The translations under genes were made by a program, and so were the position numbers. The notes beneath the pieces are model-generated. The model was not told the DNA's origin. It did no database searches and saw only the letters and a program-made list of their open reading frames with translations. Of a DNA stretch of 64,000 bases, positions 61,067 through 64,000 are shown one piece after another (within the stretch, counting starts at the first letter, position 1; every line of letters starts with the position of its first letter). Source of the DNA: a virus. The stretch covers positions 1 through 64,000 of IMG/VR virus record IMGVR_UViG_3300030090_003378; one strand, 5' to 3'.

Positions 61067-61425
61067 AACACGTTAGATTTCCTGTTGTTACGCCGACACT
61101 AATTAAGTGTCCTATTTGTAATGGTAAGGGATGTAACGTATGTAATTGGACAGGTGAATATGAAATGGAAAGTGAAGCATACATAGAAGTGCAACAACCA
61201 TTGGTTGTAAAGTATTTAGTAGATAATCAATCTACACTTAGTAGTGAAATTTCAAGGTTATATGGGGCGCACCCTGAAATAACTACTGAGAAAGTAATAA
61301 AGAATTATGAGATAGTTAGAATAGATTCCTTAAGTGGTTCTGTTTGGATTGCCTATAATCTTAAAGAAGTTGAAGCCCCAAGATATTTCTATAAATTAGA
61401 GGAAGTGGAAAAGTGGTTAGCGTAA
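61063..61425 (+). CDS. Zn-finger protein (CxxCxGxG, DnaJ-type)
   Basis: CPICNGKGCNVCNWTG. Confidence 0.6.
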   Translation: MKHVRFPVVTPTLIKCPICNGKGCNVCNWTGEYEMESEAYIEVQQPLVVKYLVDNQSTLSSEISRLYGAHPEITTEKVIKNYEIVRIDSLSGSVWIAYNLKEVEAPRYFYKLEEVEKWLA

Positions 61426-61649
61426 GAGAAATTAGAAGAGTGTTTAAAAGTGCCGGTATTGCTCGTCAGTTACCTGATGACGCATTAGAAGCATTTCAAG
61501 ATAGAGCAGAAAAGTTATTAGTGCTGTTTGCACAACGATGTGATGAGAAAGCAGGTGATAGTAATTCACGCTTGACAAAAGAACAAGTAGCATTAGCATT
61601 TTTGCAGGTAACAGAAGATGAAGAAGAGTTTGGTGATTGGAATGAATGA
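61413..61649 (+). CDS. Archaeal-type histone-fold protein with acidic tail
   Basis: IRRVFKSAG-ARQLPDDA...RLTKEQVALA aligns by eye with the HMfB pattern (IGRIIKDAG-ERVSDDA...TIKAEDIELA). Confidence 0.7.
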   Translation: MVSVREIRRVFKSAGIARQLPDDALEAFQDRAEKLLVLFAQRCDEKAGDSNSRLTKEQVALAFLQVTEDEEEFGDWNE

Positions 61650-61715
61650 AAAATTAGAAACGTATGATGAGTTAATAAATTGGTTACATGGTTACTATCG
61701 TAATGTTTTCCTTGA

Positions 61716-63281
61716 GTGGACAAAATATTTAGAACACATGGAACCCTACATGGAGGAAGAAGAATGAAGTTTGAAGAGTTTGCAGAACTAAATGAGGAAC
61801 TACAACAATTGACACCAACGCAAAGTGTTGCTAAGGTATCAAGAATCATAGCAGGTATGGATGACCAAGAGCATTCATTGTTAGGACTATTGGCTAAAGA
61901 TTATCCTAATAGTGGTGTAGGGGAATCAGGATTAGCAAAACGTGTTTGTGAATTAGTAGGAATTGGAATCGAGCATTTGGAATTTATAGTAGAAGAAGAA
62001 GGAACACTACCTGATGCTTTGAAACAAATGGGTGGCCCTACTGAAGCAACAAGTGAATTAGAAATTGCTGATGTTATGGATGAACTTACTATGGGAACAG
62101 CAGAATCAATTTACGATATGTATTTTACTAATTACCGAACTTTAACACGAACCGCTCGTAAGTGGTTAACTGCGTTTTTATTAAAGAAGCCACGCAACGG
62201 TATTGGTGAATCAGAAGTAAAGAAGATTTTGTGTAAGACATATGGTTACAAGGCTAAGGAAATGAAGAAGGCGGCATCATTCTTAACAATTGAAGAACTG
62301 ATTACACAATCTGTTATGAATGGTAGACTACATTACGCACCTACCGTTGGTAAGTTTATGACACCAATGTTGGCTAAAACTATCAAGCATAGAATTACAA
62401 ACAAGTGTATCGTGGACTACAAGTATGATGGAATTAGAGCGCAGGTTCATGTTAAGAAGAACGGTGAAGTAACTATCTTTAATCGTAGAGGTGATGATGT
62501 AACTCATCGCTACCGAGATATGGCTACGTTAACTTATGAAGAACTTGACTTAGCCTCAATGGGAACAAACGTTATCCTTGATGGTGAAATTTACCCTATC
62601 AATGAAGATGGAACACCTGCTGATTTCAAACTAATGGGCAGTAGGATTCATGGCAAGGAAGATGATGTTATTTATCGTCAAGATGTAACAGTGAGATTCT
62701 TTGATTTGTTGTATTGGGATAATGAATCATATTTTAATAAACCATATCTTGAACGATTTGAAACAATGCAACAAGCATGGGGCGCGTCATATCTTATTGC
62801 AGAAAATAAGATGGTGACAACTCAAGATGAAATGTTAGAGTATTACCAACAGGCTATTGATGATGGGTTTGAAGGTGTTATTGTAAAGTCACTTGATTCT
62901 CATTATGACTTTGGCGCACGTTCATACTCATGGTCTAAATTTAAGCCACCAACAGTAGATGTTGATTGTTGGGTTACGGGTGTAACAAGAGGAAAAGGAA
63001 AGAGAGCAGGTTATTACGGTTCTTATGATATTGCCATTCTTGATGGGTTAGATGTTATTCCATTCGGTAGTGTAGGTTCAGGATTTTCAGATAGCGATTT
63101 GAAATTCCTAACTGAAATGTATGATGAGAAAGGACCGGAACAAATAATTATTGAAGTCAAGGGTGACATTATTACTCAAGACGAAAACGGAAATTATGGA
63201 CTAAGATTCCCTCGGTATGTAAAATACAGGGATGATAAAACTGAACCGACAGATATTTCGGAATTAAAAATAGGTGAATAA
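61716..63281 (+). CDS. lig: ATP-dependent DNA ligase (replicative type; likely start MKFEE at ~61764)
   Basis: N-terminal DNA-binding domain, PMLAK, YKYDGIR, ILDGE, FFDLL, EGVIVK, WSKFK, LRFPRY..RDDK. Confidence 0.92.
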   Translation: MDKIFRTHGTLHGGRRMKFEEFAELNEELQQLTPTQSVAKVSRIIAGMDDQEHSLLGLLAKDYPNSGVGESGLAKRVCELVGIGIEHLEFIVEEEGTLPDALKQMGGPTEATSELEIADVMDELTMGTAESIYDMYFTNYRTLTRTARKWLTAFLLKKPRNGIGESEVKKILCKTYGYKAKEMKKAASFLTIEELITQSVMNGRLHYAPTVGKFMTPMLAKTIKHRITNKCIVDYKYDGIRAQVHVKKNGEVTIFNRRGDDVTHRYRDMATLTYEELDLASMGTNVILDGEIYPINEDGTPADFKLMGSRIHGKEDDVIYRQDVTVRFFDLLYWDNESYFNKPYLERFETMQQAWGASYLIAENKMVTTQDEMLEYYQQAIDDGFEGVIVKSLDSHYDFGARSYSWSKFKPPTVDVDCWVTGVTRGKGKRAGYYGSYDIAILDGLDVIPFGSVGSGFSDSDLKFLTEMYDEKGPEQIIIEVKGDIITQDENGNYGLRFPRYVKYRDDKTEPTDISELKIGE

Positions 63282-63528
63282 AATGAAAATTGAGAAAGTA
63301 AAAGAAGGAATTAAATGTAATTGGTGTGGAGAAGTAAGTAATGGTTGGGAAGAAATGTTTATTGACAATGATGTTGACGGAGATGACCCAGCATATTACC
63401 ATCTACGCTGTTTAGGAAAATTGTTTGTGTTGCGTATTGAAGGTGTAATGCCTGAAAAGATTTTTAACGCGGCTGTGAAAGAATTAAATAGCAAAGTTAC
63501 TCTACAAACAAATGAGGAAGAAGAATGA
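63274..63528 (+). CDS. Small Zn-finger protein
   Basis: CNWC...YYHLRC. Confidence 0.5.
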   Translation: MNKMKIEKVKEGIKCNWCGEVSNGWEEMFIDNDVDGDDPAYYHLRCLGKLFVLRIEGVMPEKIFNAAVKELNSKVTLQTNEEEE

Positions 63529-63671
63529 CGCGAGATAGTCAAATTAAAAACTATCTTATGAACTTAGAAAAAGATGCAATTGTTAATCTTATTATTCAAA
63601 GTTCAAGTGATAAATATTTGAATGAATTGAGAGGATGGATTGAAACACAATATTACTAAGGTTTCGATATA

Positions 63672-63899
63672 ATGGAATGGGATGATATAACTGCACCCTT
63701 GTTATTTAAGGAAGGCGATATGATTACATATGCTACTAATGAAGGAATCTACATAGGCGCTGAGATTGTTAAGGTTCAGTGCCAAATTTGTGGAGAAGAA
63801 TTCATAGGGAATAAAAAGAGTGCAGGTATGTTTCTCTCAGGTCATGCGGAATATCATTTGTATATTAACGATTTTGCTGAACATCATGGTGGCGCGTAA
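63672..63899 (+). CDS. Small C2H2-type Zn-finger protein
   Basis: CQICG...HAEYH. Confidence 0.5.
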   Translation: MEWDDITAPLLFKEGDMITYATNEGIYIGAEIVKVQCQICGEEFIGNKKSAGMFLSGHAEYHLYINDFAEHHGGA

Positions 63900-64000
63900 T
63901 GTATAGTAAAGAACAACTAAAAGGTATTCTATTATCTTTGGCTGTGCCGGAGATAGTAATGTTTACAAGTAAGGACTCGAAAATGCCATATGATTGTAGG

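Overview
This is a 64-kb, AT-rich fragment of a tailed archaeal dsDNA virus (Caudoviricetes, probably a siphovirus). It is most consistent with a 'magrovirus' of Marine Group II/Poseidoniales; this is an inference from GGTGA ribosome-binding sites, TFB and histone genes, a GCTD-repeat membrane protein and the gene order. Positions 1-43.6 kb (minus strand) hold the virion module: terminase large subunit, LAGLIDADG protein, portal, an ATP-dependent DNA ligase, prohead protease/scaffold, HK97-type capsid, neck, tail tube, frameshifted tail chaperones and a partial tape measure. About two dozen unrelated ORFs in this arm share an N-terminal W-x-x-(I/L)-L-K leader, a candidate capsid-loading/maturation tag. 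Positions 43.7-50 kb form a strand-switch/control region with nine ACCATATGG palindromic elements. Four of these sit in front of three paralogous 'G-x-W-D-G' genes and a ~520-nt highly structured putative ncRNA. The region also has small covarying RNA motifs and an iteron-like candidate origin. Positions 50-64 kb (plus strand) carry tRNA-Leu(TAA), tRNA-Lys(TTT), a class II-like ribonucleotide reductase, TFB, a histone, a DenV-like glycosylase and a second DNA ligase. They also carry a virus-encoded ubiquitin-like set: a Ubl ending GG-NY, E1/ThiF, a JAB protease and a candidate Cys acceptor. All calls come from reading motifs by eye; no searches were run.
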